Shown: positions 50,496 to 61,637, numbered from the stretch's first letter. The stretch is DNA of 64,000 nt from Candidatus Latescibacterota bacterium (GCA_965204725.1 OZ242005.1:4224001-4288000), one strand, 5' to 3'. Made by a program: numbers and translations. The notes: generated by a model not told the origin, from the sequence alone.

Positions 50496-51959
50496 TTACT
50501 CTGGAATCCTCAGCAACCGGACATCGATTCCGGTATCAGGCCGCCAAAGCCAGAAAAGCGCAGACTGCCCCTCTTCCAGCCCAGAAACAAAGCGCACAAA
50601 TTGCTCCAACGAGGTAACGCGCTCTTGATCTACTTCGGTAATCACATCGCGCACTTGGATGCCTTTGTCCGCTGCCAGCCCCTTGGGATCTACTTCAACT
50701 ACCACCACCGGCCCCTCGCCGCGCTCAAGACCCAGTTCAGCCGCCAACTCGTCGCCAAACCCCAGTTCGGCCGCCAATTCGGCGGACAGGGATTCAACGG
50801 AGAACCCTAGCTGTGCTATCCGCTGATGGCCCGCCGAGAGAAGCCGGTCGTCTTCGCGCTCGCCGAGCACCACGGCGACTTGGTGAAGCTGGCTCTGGCG
50901 CATGATTTGCAGGTTGACCGTCTCGCCCGGGTCGCGACTGTAGATCAGCGTCTGCAAGTGGTTGAAGTGGTTCACCGGGATACCATCGAGCGACAGGATG
51001 ACGTCCCCCCCGAGCAGGCCACCGCGCTCGGCAGGGCTGTTGGGCTGCACTTGTCGGAGGTAAACCCCCCGTGGCCGTTCCATGTTGAGGTCGTACTTGC
51101 GGACGAGCTCTTGGGTCATCTCAGATTCCATGGTCACGCCCAGATGGCCGCGTACGATCCGTCCGTGGATCAGTAGATCGTCAACCACTTCGCGCGCTAG
51201 GTTGATCGGCACGGCCAGCCCGTAGCCGATGTAGTAACCAGTGCGCGTTGAAATGGCCGTGTTGATTCCAACGACTCTGCCCTGTAGGTCGAGCAGAGGG
51301 CCGCCGGAGTTGCCCGGATTGATCACGGCATTGGTCTGGATGAAGCTCTCGATGGCATAGCGATTTTCTTCGTTGTCGTTAAAAATACCTGCTTGACGCC
51401 CTAGCGCACTGACGATTCCGTGCGTTAGCGTTGACCCCATGCCCAAGGGATGGCCGATGGCCAGCACCCAGTCGCCGATTTGCAAAAGGTCTGAGTCGGC
51501 CAACTGCACAGTAGGCAGCCCCGGGGCGTCAACCTTGAGCAGGGCGATGTCAATCAGCGAGTCAAAGCCGATGACCTCAGCTTGATAGGTGCGGCGGTCA
51601 GAGAGGGTGACTCGGATGGAGTCGGCACCGGCGACGACGTGGTAATTGCTCAGAATGTAGCCGTCGTCGCTAACGATAGTACCCGAGCCTATGCCGCGAA
51701 AATCTTCGGGGATTTCCGGGTGGAAAGGGGGCAATACGCGCTTCCGCCATGTTCGGGTCGTCGCCGAGATTAAAACCACAGCCGGCCGCACTTGTTCATA
51801 GACTTGGCGGAAAGCCCTGCTGAGGTCCGCTAGCGGCTGGGTGCTCTCCACCGGCATTTGCGCCCCGGCCGGGCTCCCGCCCGCAAGCAACGCGGCAATA
51901 AAGGCGATGCCCACCCACGGGCGACAAGTGCCAAACAGGATGGAGGGGTTTCGCTTCAT
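50496..51959 (-). CDS. HtrA/DegP-type serine protease with two PDZ domains
   Basis: SNYHVV, DIALLK, INPGNSGGPL; signal peptide. Confidence 0.93.
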   Translation of the reverse strand: MKRNPSILFGTCRPWVGIAFIAALLAGGSPAGAQMPVESTQPLADLSRAFRQVYEQVRPAVVLISATTRTWRKRVLPPFHPEIPEDFRGIGSGTIVSDDGYILSNYHVVAGADSIRVTLSDRRTYQAEVIGFDSLIDIALLKVDAPGLPTVQLADSDLLQIGDWVLAIGHPLGMGSTLTHGIVSALGRQAGIFNDNEENRYAIESFIQTNAVINPGNSGGPLLDLQGRVVGINTAISTRTGYYIGYGLAVPINLAREVVDDLLIHGRIVRGHLGVTMESEMTQELVRKYDLNMERPRGVYLRQVQPNSPAERGGLLGGDVILSLDGIPVNHFNHLQTLIYSRDPGETVNLQIMRQSQLHQVAVVLGEREDDRLLSAGHQRIAQLGFSVESLSAELAAELGFGDELAAELGLERGEGPVVVVEVDPKGLAADKGIQVRDVITEVDQERVTSLEQFVRFVSGLEEGQSALFWLWRPDTGIDVRLLRIPE

Positions 51960-53518
51960 CCGAGGTCGTATTCCTTCAACTTCCGGTAGAGCGTACGAGT
52001 ACTGATGTCGAGAATTGCCGCCGCCTTCCGGCGGTTGCCACCGACGCGGTCGAGTGCCTGTTCGATGGCTTCCCGCTCCATGTCTTTGAGTGTGGGCAAA
52101 GGCTCAATAGCTGCATTTTCGGGAATGCGTATTGCGGCCGGCTCTTTGGGGTCTGTGGGCTTGTATGGGGCGTCCTCGACCGGGTAAACGGGCTGACTTG
52201 ATTCCTCGGGCGCGACCGGCTGAATGACCGCTGGTGCTACGGGCGGTGCCATGGGAACATTGCGCTCGACAGCCGCTCTTAGCTCGGCGACCTCGCGCTT
52301 GAGATCCAAGAGCGCAAAGTAAATCAACTCGCGCTCAGACTGGTCTGGCGTCTTGTTGGTTGGCACTGGCAGGTGGCGCGTGGGTTGGCTCTCTAGATGG
52401 GGCACTAGGTCTTCGGGTTCAATGAGGGCACGCGGGGTGAGGAAGACCAGGTGCTCAACTAGGTTCCGCAACTCGCGCACATTGCCGGGCCAAGCATAGC
52501 CTTGCAAAAGGTCAACCGCCGCCGCCGAAAACCCCTCTAGGCGGCTCTTGGTATCTCGGGTCAACTCGCTGATGAAGTGCTCGATCAAGAGGGGAATGTC
52601 CTCGGCCCGGCGGCGTAGCGAGGGGATGTCGAGCTCGACGACCTTGAGCCGATGGTAGAGGTCGAGGCGGAACTCGCGCTGTTCAACCGCCTTTTGTAGG
52701 TCGCGATTGGTCGCGGCGATGACGCGAATATCCACCGCGATGGGTGCGCTGCCGCCGATGCGGACCACCTCGCGCTGTTCGAGGACCCGCAAGAGGCGCA
52801 CTTGTGCCGCCAGCGACATCTCGCCGATTTCGTCTAGAAAGACTGTTCCCTTATTAGCTTGTTCAAAGATGCCCCGGTACTGGGCGCGGGCGTCAGTGAA
52901 AGCTCCCTTCTCATGTCCAAAGAGTTCGTTCTCCAGCAGATTCTCTGGAATGGCACCGCAGTTGAGCGGACGGAAAGGATGTTCGCACCGGGTGCTGTAG
53001 CGATGCAGCGCTTCGGCGACTAGATCCTTGCCCGCGCCGCTTTCGCCCGTCAGTAGGATAGAGGAAACCGGCGTCGGTGCCACGATTAAGATGCGTTCGC
53101 GCAACTGGCGCATTAAGGGCGACTGCCCCACCAGCTCAGCCCCGCGCAAAAAGTCCCCGCGCTCTAGTAGCTGGTCTAGATGTTGGCGCAGGACTCCGGC
53201 CTTAAAGGGCACGGCGATTTGGTCTTTGAGCGGCGAGCCCCACAAAAGGCGGTCCCACCCCTCGTCGGCATTGCCCACGCCTAGGATGGGTACATCGCGG
53301 TATTGGTCGAGTGCAGCGACTCCCGCTGCTAGGACGTCGGGCGGAAGTTCCATGTCAAAGGCGACTAGGTCCAGCCCGCGCCGCAGCAGCGGCCCAAGCG
53401 CGTCGCCGTTAGCCGCGTTGAGTACGCGTAACCGCACGTCGTGGATCGCGGACTTGAACTCCGCTGCCAGCTCTGATCGCTGGGTCAGGAGCAGAATGTG
53501 ACGTTGAGTCGGGGCCAT
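51956..53518 (-). CDS. Sigma54-dependent Fis-family activator with receiver-like N-terminus
   Basis: GESGAGK, ELFGHEKGAFTDA, FLDEIGE, WPGNVREL, TRTLYRK. Confidence 0.92.
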   Translation of the reverse strand: MAPTQRHILLLTQRSELAAEFKSAIHDVRLRVLNAANGDALGPLLRRGLDLVAFDMELPPDVLAAGVAALDQYRDVPILGVGNADEGWDRLLWGSPLKDQIAVPFKAGVLRQHLDQLLERGDFLRGAELVGQSPLMRQLRERILIVAPTPVSSILLTGESGAGKDLVAEALHRYSTRCEHPFRPLNCGAIPENLLENELFGHEKGAFTDARAQYRGIFEQANKGTVFLDEIGEMSLAAQVRLLRVLEQREVVRIGGSAPIAVDIRVIAATNRDLQKAVEQREFRLDLYHRLKVVELDIPSLRRRAEDIPLLIEHFISELTRDTKSRLEGFSAAAVDLLQGYAWPGNVRELRNLVEHLVFLTPRALIEPEDLVPHLESQPTRHLPVPTNKTPDQSERELIYFALLDLKREVAELRAAVERNVPMAPPVAPAVIQPVAPEESSQPVYPVEDAPYKPTDPKEPAAIRIPENAAIEPLPTLKDMEREAIEQALDRVGGNRRKAAAILDISTRTLYRKLKEYDLG

Positions 53519-53540
53519 AATTCTCTCTGCTGTCGTCGCC

Positions 53541-56500
53541 TCAGTTGAGGTTGTCCAACTTGTGGCGCAGGGTCTCGATGCGCTCGCGGGCTAGCTGCCC
53601 CTGTGGACTCTGGCCCCCTTCGCGCCGGGCGATGCGCTCGTAGATGGTCATGGCGGTGGTATGTTCACCCAGCGATTCGTGGCAGCGGGCGCGCTGGAAA
53701 TCCGCCGAGGTAATCCACATGCTGAGTCCTTCGTCGCCGTGGTAGCTGACTTTGTAATAGGCTTGGATAGCCTTGCGGTACTCGCCCATGTTCTGATAGG
53801 ATTCGCCGATGTAAAACCGGGCTTCGGAAGCGTTGTTCCCATTGAGTAGCTGTTGGGAAAGCAGGTCGTCTAGCCGTTCAATGGCTTGGGCGTATTGACC
53901 CTTATTCTTGAGGATGATACCCAACTCGAGTTGGGCCTCAACGGCCTTGGGACTCTCGGGGTACTGGCTCAGTAGCTGATTGGCTACTTGGTGAGCGGCC
54001 TCGTACTCATGGGCGCTTTGGTAGCTCTTGAGGAGTTTCCACATCGCGTCTTGGGCCTGTTCGCGGCTGACTTCTGGCGCGTCCAAGGCGTGTTTGTAGG
54101 CCCCGGCCGCTTGTAGGAAGTTGTGCAGCGAAAAGTGGTAGTCGCCTAGGCGCAAGTAGGCTTCATCTACATGGGGACTGGTCGGATATTCCCGTACAAA
54201 GCGCGATACGGCCTCCAATGAGTAGGCCGCCCATTCCTCGCTGGGCTCTGCCTTGTTTCGCTTCCACAGCGTCACGGCCATCCAATAGGCTCCGTCGTCG
54301 GCCCATCTGCCTCCTTGCTTTTCCACCGCTTGAAAAAGCTCGTAAGCCTTCTTGTAGTTACCAGCCTGTAAATAGTATTTCCCTTCTTCAACCCGGAAGC
54401 GTTGACGCCACTCGGTCTCCTCCTCGAACCGCTTGGCAAACCGCTTGGCTGCTTTGCGCCCCTCCTCTACGCGCTTGAGTCGGAACAGGGCGAGGACAGC
54501 TTGTCCGTGGATCAGGGTATCCTCGCTCTGCTCCAGCAAGGGCTGATAGAGTTGGTAGGCTTGTTTGTATTGCTGTCGGGCAAAGGCGATGTGGCCGGAC
54601 CGCGCCGAGGCTTCGGCCGCCAACCCGCTCGCTGCAAACTCTCGGCCGACCTTGCGGAAGAGCCGGAGTGCCTCGTCTTCTCGACCTAACCTCAGTTGCA
54701 GAACCGCTTGAGAGAAGTAAATGCTGTCTAATCCAGCCGGGTTCGGTTCTTCGGCGAGTATCTGCCGATAGGTCTCCATGGCCTCACCATAGAGGTTTAG
54801 GTGGTGGTAAGAGCGACCGAGTCGGCGGAGAATCGGTCCTCTGTCGTCGGTGATCGTCGGGTTCGAGACCAGCGGTTGATACAACTCGATGGCGGCGGCG
54901 TATTGGCCGCGCTGAAAATAGGTGTCGCCCAACAGTTTCTGTGCGGCGCGGCGCTGGGGAAAGGCCGGATAACCCCAGCGCAACTCTTGCAGTCGGGCGA
55001 TGGCTTCTTGGGGCCGCTCCTGCGCTAGGCGGATATGGCCCAGCTCAAAGAGCACTGGGGCCGTCAGCGGACTGTCGGGATAGTCTCTCAGAACGCGCTC
55101 GAGCGAGTCGGCCGCTGCTTGGTGTTGTCCTTTTTGCACTAGGCAAAGACTCTTGCCGTACAGAGCGTGGGGTACGAGTGGACTATTAGAAAAGAGTTGA
55201 CGAAGCTGGTCGTAGGCCGCAATGGCCTCGTCGGTCCAAGTGCTATCGGTCGCCCCGAGCTGGCGGCGGGCATCGCCTAGTTGCAAAAGAGCTTGGTCTA
55301 GATGGCCCCCTCGGCTCCCGGAAAACTCGGCGACGAAAGCAGCAATTCCCTCTTCGAGAGCTGACAACCGCAGCGAATCGGGGCTATCCTCCGCTTCGAT
55401 TTTAATAAGGCGCAGTCGGGCGCGCTGGCCCCAAGTGCTGCTGTCGCTGGGGGATTGCTCGGTGAGAAAGCGATATTCCCGTAGGGCGAGTGCCCGCAGC
55501 GAGTCCGCGCTAAAAGGCTCCGCTTCTAGCTGGCGTTGGCGGGAGAGCTTGAGCAGACTTTCGGCCAAAAAGTACTGCGCCTCGTTGCTGTTGTGATCGT
55601 CGGGATAAGTCGTGGCGTAGTGTTTGAAAAGTTGGGCGGCAGTTACAAAATCGTGGTGCGAGAAAAGCATCCGGGCTACCTCTAGCAGTACTAGTTGGCG
55701 CGACTTGCCGCTCAATTCATCGATCCAAGTTTTCTGTAGGGCTTGGTTGAGGCTGGCTGGATCCAAGACGGTGAACTCGCGCAGATATTCGATTCGCTGG
55801 CGCACCGCCCCGCTCCGGCGGTTGGCGGGAAAGAGCTCGAGGAAGGCCACGTATTCGCGCAGTGCCGTACGCGGCTGTCCACTTTGCTCAAAGGTTTGGG
55901 CGAGGGCGAATTGTGCATCAGTTGCCACCTCGTCCTGACCCGAAGCGAGCTGGCGATAGAGCGAGACGGCTTCTTCGTAGTAGCCGGTTGAGGCATAGAG
56001 CGCGGCGAGCTCAAAGCGCACGGCGTCGGCAGCCTCATCGGTTTCCTGTAGGTAGCGGCGATACCAAGTTATGGAGCGCTGGTGATAATTGGTTGCCACC
56101 TCGTCCCGACCCGAAGCTAGGCTGCGGTCGCCGCGCCGCTTGTAGAGGACGCCCAGTTCCCCTAGAGCACTGATGGCTTCGGGGCTGCCGCCGGTCTGGA
56201 GCAATCCTTGAAACAGGCCGACCGCGAGGGCAAATTGTCCGGCTTGGCCTAGGGCGATGGCCCGGCCTAGCTGCGCCCTGAGATAGTCGGGGTGGTCGGG
56301 TTGGAGCATGGTGCTTAGCTCGTTGTAGTGGGTGATGGCTTGGCGCGTCTGATGACTCTGGCGGCGGGCATCGGCTAGCCCTAGGAGCGCGTGTTCTTTG
56401 AGGGAGCGGTCGTCAATTTTGTTAAAGGCTCGCTGATAGGCGTCCCCAGCTTGGCTAAATAGGCGCGATCTATAGAGATCGTTTGCGCGATCTAGATAGG

Positions 56501-57242
56501 CACTGTCAGTCTGCGCCGCCTTCGGAAAACGCCGCTCCAGCGATTTGAATCGCTTCTCAGCGGTTTCCCTGTTGCCCATAAAGAGAGCGATGCGCCCTCC
56601 GAGAAGCAGGGCGCTAGGGGCTTCAGGCGGCGGCGGTGTAGTGGCGGCGATTTGCCCGAGTAGCTGTTGGGCTTCTTCGGCCCGACCAGCGGCAAAGCGC
56701 AACTGGGCCAGCCGGTAGCGCGCCAAATGCACTCGGTCAACAGTCGCGTAGTCGGTCAGCAGGCGTCCGTAAACGGCTTCGGCTTGCCGCAAATTTTCGG
56801 CGCGGGTATAATTAGCCGCGGCTTCAATCAGGGCACTGGCGGCGAACTCGCTGGCACTGAAACGACGCTGAACCTCTTCGTATGAGCGGGCAGCCAACAG
56901 GTATTGGCCTTGCTCGGCCAAACAAGCCGCTCGCTCGCGCCGTGCGTCGGCGGTATTCAAGTGATCGGGATGTTCGAGATAAAAGGTCGCGTAGGCCGGC
57001 ACCGCTAGGTCGCAACGGCCGCTCTGGCGGTACGCACGCGCCAGCATCAGCCGGGCCTCGGCTAGCTGCGGATTATCGGGATAATTGCGAATAAACTCGG
57101 CGAACAGCCCGGCGGCCGTAGCATAGTCGCCGGCATCCCGGAAGAGATTGCGGGCTAGTTTGAAGTCGTCCTCTGCGTTCGTTTGCGCCCAACTCTGGGT
57201 GTTTAAGCAAAGGAAAAGCACTACGATCAACGTTGCAAACAT
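53541..57242 (-). CDS. Large exported tetratricopeptide-repeat protein
   Basis: Signal peptide from ATG 57242; many BamD/YfiO-like TPR units (..YP.S....A). Confidence 0.88.
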   Translation of the reverse strand: MFATLIVVLFLCLNTQSWAQTNAEDDFKLARNLFRDAGDYATAAGLFAEFIRNYPDNPQLAEARLMLARAYRQSGRCDLAVPAYATFYLEHPDHLNTADARRERAACLAEQGQYLLAARSYEEVQRRFSASEFAASALIEAAANYTRAENLRQAEAVYGRLLTDYATVDRVHLARYRLAQLRFAAGRAEEAQQLLGQIAATTPPPPEAPSALLLGGRIALFMGNRETAEKRFKSLERRFPKAAQTDSAYLDRANDLYRSRLFSQAGDAYQRAFNKIDDRSLKEHALLGLADARRQSHQTRQAITHYNELSTMLQPDHPDYLRAQLGRAIALGQAGQFALAVGLFQGLLQTGGSPEAISALGELGVLYKRRGDRSLASGRDEVATNYHQRSITWYRRYLQETDEAADAVRFELAALYASTGYYEEAVSLYRQLASGQDEVATDAQFALAQTFEQSGQPRTALREYVAFLELFPANRRSGAVRQRIEYLREFTVLDPASLNQALQKTWIDELSGKSRQLVLLEVARMLFSHHDFVTAAQLFKHYATTYPDDHNSNEAQYFLAESLLKLSRQRQLEAEPFSADSLRALALREYRFLTEQSPSDSSTWGQRARLRLIKIEAEDSPDSLRLSALEEGIAAFVAEFSGSRGGHLDQALLQLGDARRQLGATDSTWTDEAIAAYDQLRQLFSNSPLVPHALYGKSLCLVQKGQHQAAADSLERVLRDYPDSPLTAPVLFELGHIRLAQERPQEAIARLQELRWGYPAFPQRRAAQKLLGDTYFQRGQYAAAIELYQPLVSNPTITDDRGPILRRLGRSYHHLNLYGEAMETYRQILAEEPNPAGLDSIYFSQAVLQLRLGREDEALRLFRKVGREFAASGLAAEASARSGHIAFARQQYKQAYQLYQPLLEQSEDTLIHGQAVLALFRLKRVEEGRKAAKRFAKRFEEETEWRQRFRVEEGKYYLQAGNYKKAYELFQAVEKQGGRWADDGAYWMAVTLWKRNKAEPSEEWAAYSLEAVSRFVREYPTSPHVDEAYLRLGDYHFSLHNFLQAAGAYKHALDAPEVSREQAQDAMWKLLKSYQSAHEYEAAHQVANQLLSQYPESPKAVEAQLELGIILKNKGQYAQAIERLDDLLSQQLLNGNNASEARFYIGESYQNMGEYRKAIQAYYKVSYHGDEGLSMWITSADFQRARCHESLGEHTTAMTIYERIARREGGQSPQGQLARERIETLRHKLDNLN

Positions 57243-57313
57243 ATCAATCCTCAAGCGTATGCCAATCTGACATTTAGATTGAATATAGTAAAATGCGGTC
57301 AAGGTGTGCAGCG

Positions 57314-58171
57314 ATGGATATCCGGCTGGTCGAAAAAGCATACGCAAAAATAAACTTAGGGCTTAAGGTTCTCGGCCGCCGCCCCGATGGCTACCACGAG
57401 ATCCTCAGCGTGGCTCAATGCGTGGACTTAGCGGACGTCTTATACCTTAGACCCTCTTCCTCCGATCATTTGACCTGTAGCCTCGATGGCCTATCGACCG
57501 GGCCGGACAATTTGGTGTGCCGCGCAGTTGATGCCTTTCGCGCTCGGCTCAACCGGCCGACTCACTCGTTCCGCATCCACCTAGAAAAGAATATTCCCAT
57601 AGGTGCGGGCCTAGGCGGAGGCAGTGCTGATGCAGCAGCGGCCCTGCGGGCACTCAATCGCTTCTATGACCAGCCATTCTCAAACGTGGGCCTTCGCCAG
57701 ATCGCCGCTACCCTTGGCTCGGACATTCCCTTTCTAGTGGAAAGCGGCACCGCTCTAATGAGAGGCCGAGGTGAAGTTCTCGAAGTGCTGAGTTGGGAGG
57801 GAGCAGTCTTTTACGTGCTGGCGTACCCCGAGATCGAGCTCAGCACGGCGTGGGCATATAACCAACTCGGCTCCATCTTGACAGAAAATTCTCCCTATTC
57901 TAAATTTATCAATTCCCTGAGCGACGGGTGCGTTGACCACGACAGGTTATTTGAAGTGCTGGAGAACGACTTCACGCCCGCGGTAGATCGTACCTATCCC
58001 ATCGTCGCAGAACTTCGTTCTCAACTGGACCAAGTTGGTGCTCGCGCCACGTCAATGTCGGGCAGCGGCTCCACTGTTTACGGTATCTTCGACGACCGGA
58101 AGGCCGCCTCTCAGGCGCAGAGCGCACTGCAAGGGCAAGGTTGCCGGTCTTTTTTATGTCAGCCAGTCTAG
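57314..58171 (+). CDS. ispE: 4-diphosphocytidyl-2-C-methyl-D-erythritol kinase
   Basis: AKINLGL, DGYHE, KNIPIGAGLGGGSADAA, GSDIPF, MSGSGS. Confidence 0.96.
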   Translation: MDIRLVEKAYAKINLGLKVLGRRPDGYHEILSVAQCVDLADVLYLRPSSSDHLTCSLDGLSTGPDNLVCRAVDAFRARLNRPTHSFRIHLEKNIPIGAGLGGGSADAAAALRALNRFYDQPFSNVGLRQIAATLGSDIPFLVESGTALMRGRGEVLEVLSWEGAVFYVLAYPEIELSTAWAYNQLGSILTENSPYSKFINSLSDGCVDHDRLFEVLENDFTPAVDRTYPIVAELRSQLDQVGARATSMSGSGSTVYGIFDDRKAASQAQSALQGQGCRSFLCQPV

Positions 58172-58201
58172 CTTGGGAAAGAGCGAGGCATAGAGATAGG
58201 T

Positions 58202-58276
58202 AGCCCGGTCGTTCAATTGGTAGGACAACGGATTTTGGTTCCGTTTATCGAGGTTCGAGTCCTCGCCGGGCTGCCA
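58202..58276 (+). tRNA. tRNA-Gln(TTG)
   Basis: AGCCCGG/CCGGGCT acceptor, ACGGA-TT-TTG-GT-TCCGT, GTTCGAG, G73-CCA. Confidence 0.95.
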
Positions 58277-58319
58277 TTATGCCATTGGTTTTGATTGAGT
58301 CTTTTGAGGAGATGTTCCA

Positions 58320-59000
58320 ATGCCGCAAGTCCCACTACAAATCCAAGCGCGCGAGCAGGTCGCGCTCAAAGTCCAGTCCCGCCGGGAGCAGGGCAAAGGC
58401 CCGGCGGGCCAGTTGCGCCGCCTGCAGGGCCAGTTGCCTGGGGTGATCTACGGCCACAATCAGCCCTCTGAGTCCTTCAAGACGGATGCCCATGGCTTGG
58501 ATCGCATCCTGAGTAAGGGGGGGCAAAACGCGATCATCTTGGTTGAGCACGAAGAATCCGATAAGGGCTCTGAGCAGGCCCTGATTCGCGACATTCAATA
58601 CCATAAAGTCCGCGGCGATGTACTACACTTAGACCTCTTGCGCATTGATCCGAGCGAGACGCTGCGCGCCAATGTACCGCTCCTGACGGAGGGGGTGCCC
58701 GAAGGCGTCCGCAACGAGGGCGGGGCCTTGCAGCAGACGCTGACCTCAATCGAAATGGAATGCGTCGTCTCAGAAATGCCCGCCGCGATGGTAATCGACA
58801 TCTCTGCGCTGGTCATCGGCGATAGCCTTCATGTGAGTGATCTCCTCGAACAGGAGCCGCGCATTACTACCGACCCGTCCCGCACGATTGTCAATATCTT
58901 GGCTCCGCGCTTGGTCGCTGCCGAGGAAGAAGCCGAGGAGCCTGAAGTCCCCGAAGGCGAAGGCGAAACAGGCGAAGGCGACGAGGGTGGCGAAGAGTAG
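58320..59000 (+). CDS. rplY: 50S ribosomal protein L25/Ctc
   Basis: PGVIYG, DIQYH, LHLD, GVRNEGG, IGDSLHVSD. Confidence 0.95.
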   Translation: MPQVPLQIQAREQVALKVQSRREQGKGPAGQLRRLQGQLPGVIYGHNQPSESFKTDAHGLDRILSKGGQNAIILVEHEESDKGSEQALIRDIQYHKVRGDVLHLDLLRIDPSETLRANVPLLTEGVPEGVRNEGGALQQTLTSIEMECVVSEMPAAMVIDISALVIGDSLHVSDLLEQEPRITTDPSRTIVNILAPRLVAAEEEAEEPEVPEGEGETGEGDEGGEE

Positions 59001-59002
59001 GT

Positions 59003-59572
59003 TTGCAAGTAGCCTTGGGTTTGGGTAATCCCGGTGTGCGCTACGCATCAACGCGGCACAACATAGGATTTATGGTGATAGACCATCTAGCGGCCCGCTG
59101 TGGCGTTGACTGGCAGCATCGAGCAGACATACAGGGCCAAGTTGTCCGAGTCGTGCTGGGCGGTCGGGAAGTACTCTTGGTCAAGCCCCAGAGCTATATG
59201 AACCACAGCGGTCGAACCGCCGCGGCCCTTTGCTCCCAATGGGAGGTCCCTCCCGAAGACGTACTGGTCATCTTCGACGACTTCCTCCTCGACTTCGGGT
59301 GCCTGCGCTTTCGCCGTGGAGGGAGTGATGGCGGACACAACGGTTTGGCTTCGGTTCTCGAAGCACTCAATACCAAGGCTGTACCGCGTCTGCGTCTGGG
59401 GATCGGCATCCCACCCGCAGGCGCGGACATCATTGACTATGTACTGAGTCCGTTCTCTCCAGAAGACGAGGTAGAAAACTTGCTTGAGTACGGGAATGCA
59501 GCACTCGAAGTGTACTACGCCGAAGGCATTGAGGCGGCCATGAACAGGTTCAACGGTCAAAAAGTAAAGTAG
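59003..59572 (+). CDS. pth: Peptidyl-tRNA hydrolase
   Basis: GLGNPG, TRHNIGF, YMN.SG, GGHNGL, RLRLGIG. Confidence 0.96.
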   Translation: MQVALGLGNPGVRYASTRHNIGFMVIDHLAARCGVDWQHRADIQGQVVRVVLGGREVLLVKPQSYMNHSGRTAAALCSQWEVPPEDVLVIFDDFLLDFGCLRFRRGGSDGGHNGLASVLEALNTKAVPRLRLGIGIPPAGADIIDYVLSPFSPEDEVENLLEYGNAALEVYYAEGIEAAMNRFNGQKVK

Positions 59573-59594
59573 TCGGGGAAGGTTACAAACGCGT

Positions 59595-61637
59595 ATGGAA
59601 ATCTGGACAACCGCAGCACCATTCATAGGTCTGGGCGGTTTGCTTTGCTCGCTCCTGCTGTACTTCTACATCAAAAAGTCTCCGGCTGGTACTCCAGAGA
59701 TGGTGGAAATCTCAGAGGCTATCCACGAGGGAGCGATGGCCTTTCTCAAACGCGAGTACACCATCCTCGCCGGGTTTATCGTCATCGTCTTTGGCCTCCT
59801 TTTTGCCTGCGTCGGCTCCCACACTGCGTACGCTTTTTTGTCGGGAGCCGTTTGCTCCATTTTGGCCGGTTATACCGGCATGAAAGCGGCCTGTCACGCC
59901 AATGTTCGCACCGCCCAAGCGGCCAACCAGCACGGCCAAGGGCCGGCCCTGAACATCGCTTTTTCAGGGGGCGCAGTGATGGGGCTTGCCGTGGCTGGCT
60001 TGGGGCTTTTCGGCGTTGGAGCTCTGGCCAGTGCCCTTGGTATCTGGGACGATATAAGCCAAGCCCCCACGATCAGTGGCTTTGCTATGGGGGCCTCTTC
60101 GATTGCCCTTTTCGCGCGCGTCGGCGGCGGTATCTTCACCAAGACCGCCGATGTGGGTGCTGACTTGGTGGGCAAAGTGGAAGCGGGGATTCCCGAGGAC
60201 GACCCCCGCAATCCGGCCGTTATCGCCGATAGTGTCGGCGACAACGTCGGTGACGTCGCCGGCATGGGTGCCGACATCTTTGAATCCTATGTCGGCTCGG
60301 TCATCGCCACCATTGCCATCGCCGCCACCGCGTCCACGGCTCTGCTGGCCACTCTCGCCCCCGGCATCTCGGACCCGACCGAGGCGAAACTGGCGGCGAT
60401 GAGCTTCCCGCTGATCGTCATTACGATCGGCATAGGAGCGTCGCTTCTGGGCGTGTTGATGGTGCGGATACTACAGAATTTTGACCCCAGTGCCGCCTTG
60501 CGTTACTCGACTTGGGTTGCCGCCGCCCTAATGATTTTAGGTGCTTGGTGGGTCGCCGGGACAATCGGCCTATCCAACAAGCCGGTGTGGGCGCTGTGCG
60601 CGGGCTGTCTGGCCGGGGTCGCGATTGGCCTTTTTACCGAGTACTACACCGGCGGCAAACCCATCCGCACCATCGCTGAAACCTCCAAGACCGGCGTGGC
60701 GACCAACATTATTTCCGGCTTGGCCATAGGCATGGAGAGCGTCGTCCTGCCAACCTTGGGAATCGTCGTCGCCATTGGCTTGGCCTTCCACTTTGCCGGG
60801 CTTTTTGGGATTGGCATCGCCGCGGTCGGTATGCTGGCCACAGTGGGTATCACCATGTCGGTCGACGCCTATGGTCCCATAGCCGACAACGCGGGCGGCA
60901 TTTCCGAAATGGCGGGCTTGGGCGAAGATACTCGCAAGATCACCGATGGCCTCGATTCACTCGGCAACACTACCGCGGCCATGGGCAAGGGGTTTGCCAT
61001 TGGTTCGGCCGCGTTGACGGCATTGGCGCTTTTTTCGGCCTATTCCTCCGCTATTGAGACCGCAACCGGCAAGCCGATCGTCATTGACGTGACTACGCCG
61101 GTTGTCGTCGGTGGGCTTTTTATCGGTGCGATGATTCCCTACCTAGCGGCCTCCATTACCATGACCTCGGTCGGCAAGGCCGCCTTCAAGATGATCGAGG
61201 AGGTCCGGCGTCAGTTCCGCGAGATCGAGGGCCTAATGGAGGGCAAGGCCAAGCCCGATACCCGGCGCTGCGTGGAGATCAGCACGGCGGCGGCACTGCG
61301 CGAGATGATTCTACCGGGCCTGTTGGCGGTGTTGGCCCCGGTCGCTGTCGGTTTTGGTCTCGGCCCCGTCGCCTTAGGCGGAATGCTCGCCGGGGCGACG
61401 GTCAGCGGCGTACTGCTGGCGCTGATGATGGCCAATAGCGGCGGGGCCTGGGACAACGCCAAAAAGTGGATCGAAGAGGGCCACTTGGGAGGCAAGGGCT
61501 CTGACCCCCACAAAGCTGCTGTCGTCGGCGATACGGTCGGCGACCCATTCAAGGACACTTCGGGGCCGTCTCTAAACATACTCATCAAGCTGATGTCGGT
61601 TATATCTCTCGTCTTGGCACCGCTTTTCGTCGTCTGA
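59595..61637 (+). CDS. hppA: Membrane-bound pyrophosphatase, K+-dependent, probably Na+-translocating
   Basis: [39 protein letters not shown]. Confidence 0.95.
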   Translation: MEIWTTAAPFIGLGGLLCSLLLYFYIKKSPAGTPEMVEISEAIHEGAMAFLKREYTILAGFIVIVFGLLFACVGSHTAYAFLSGAVCSILAGYTGMKAACHANVRTAQAANQHGQGPALNIAFSGGAVMGLAVAGLGLFGVGALASALGIWDDISQAPTISGFAMGASSIALFARVGGGIFTKTADVGADLVGKVEAGIPEDDPRNPAVIADSVGDNVGDVAGMGADIFESYVGSVIATIAIAATASTALLATLAPGISDPTEAKLAAMSFPLIVITIGIGASLLGVLMVRILQNFDPSAALRYSTWVAAALMILGAWWVAGTIGLSNKPVWALCAGCLAGVAIGLFTEYYTGGKPIRTIAETSKTGVATNIISGLAIGMESVVLPTLGIVVAIGLAFHFAGLFGIGIAAVGMLATVGITMSVDAYGPIADNAGGISEMAGLGEDTRKITDGLDSLGNTTAAMGKGFAIGSAALTALALFSAYSSAIETATGKPIVIDVTTPVVVGGLFIGAMIPYLAASITMTSVGKAAFKMIEEVRRQFREIEGLMEGKAKPDTRRCVEISTAAALREMILPGLLAVLAPVAVGFGLGPVALGGMLAGATVSGVLLALMMANSGGAWDNAKKWIEEGHLGGKGSDPHKAAVVGDTVGDPFKDTSGPSLNILIKLMSVISLVLAPLFVV

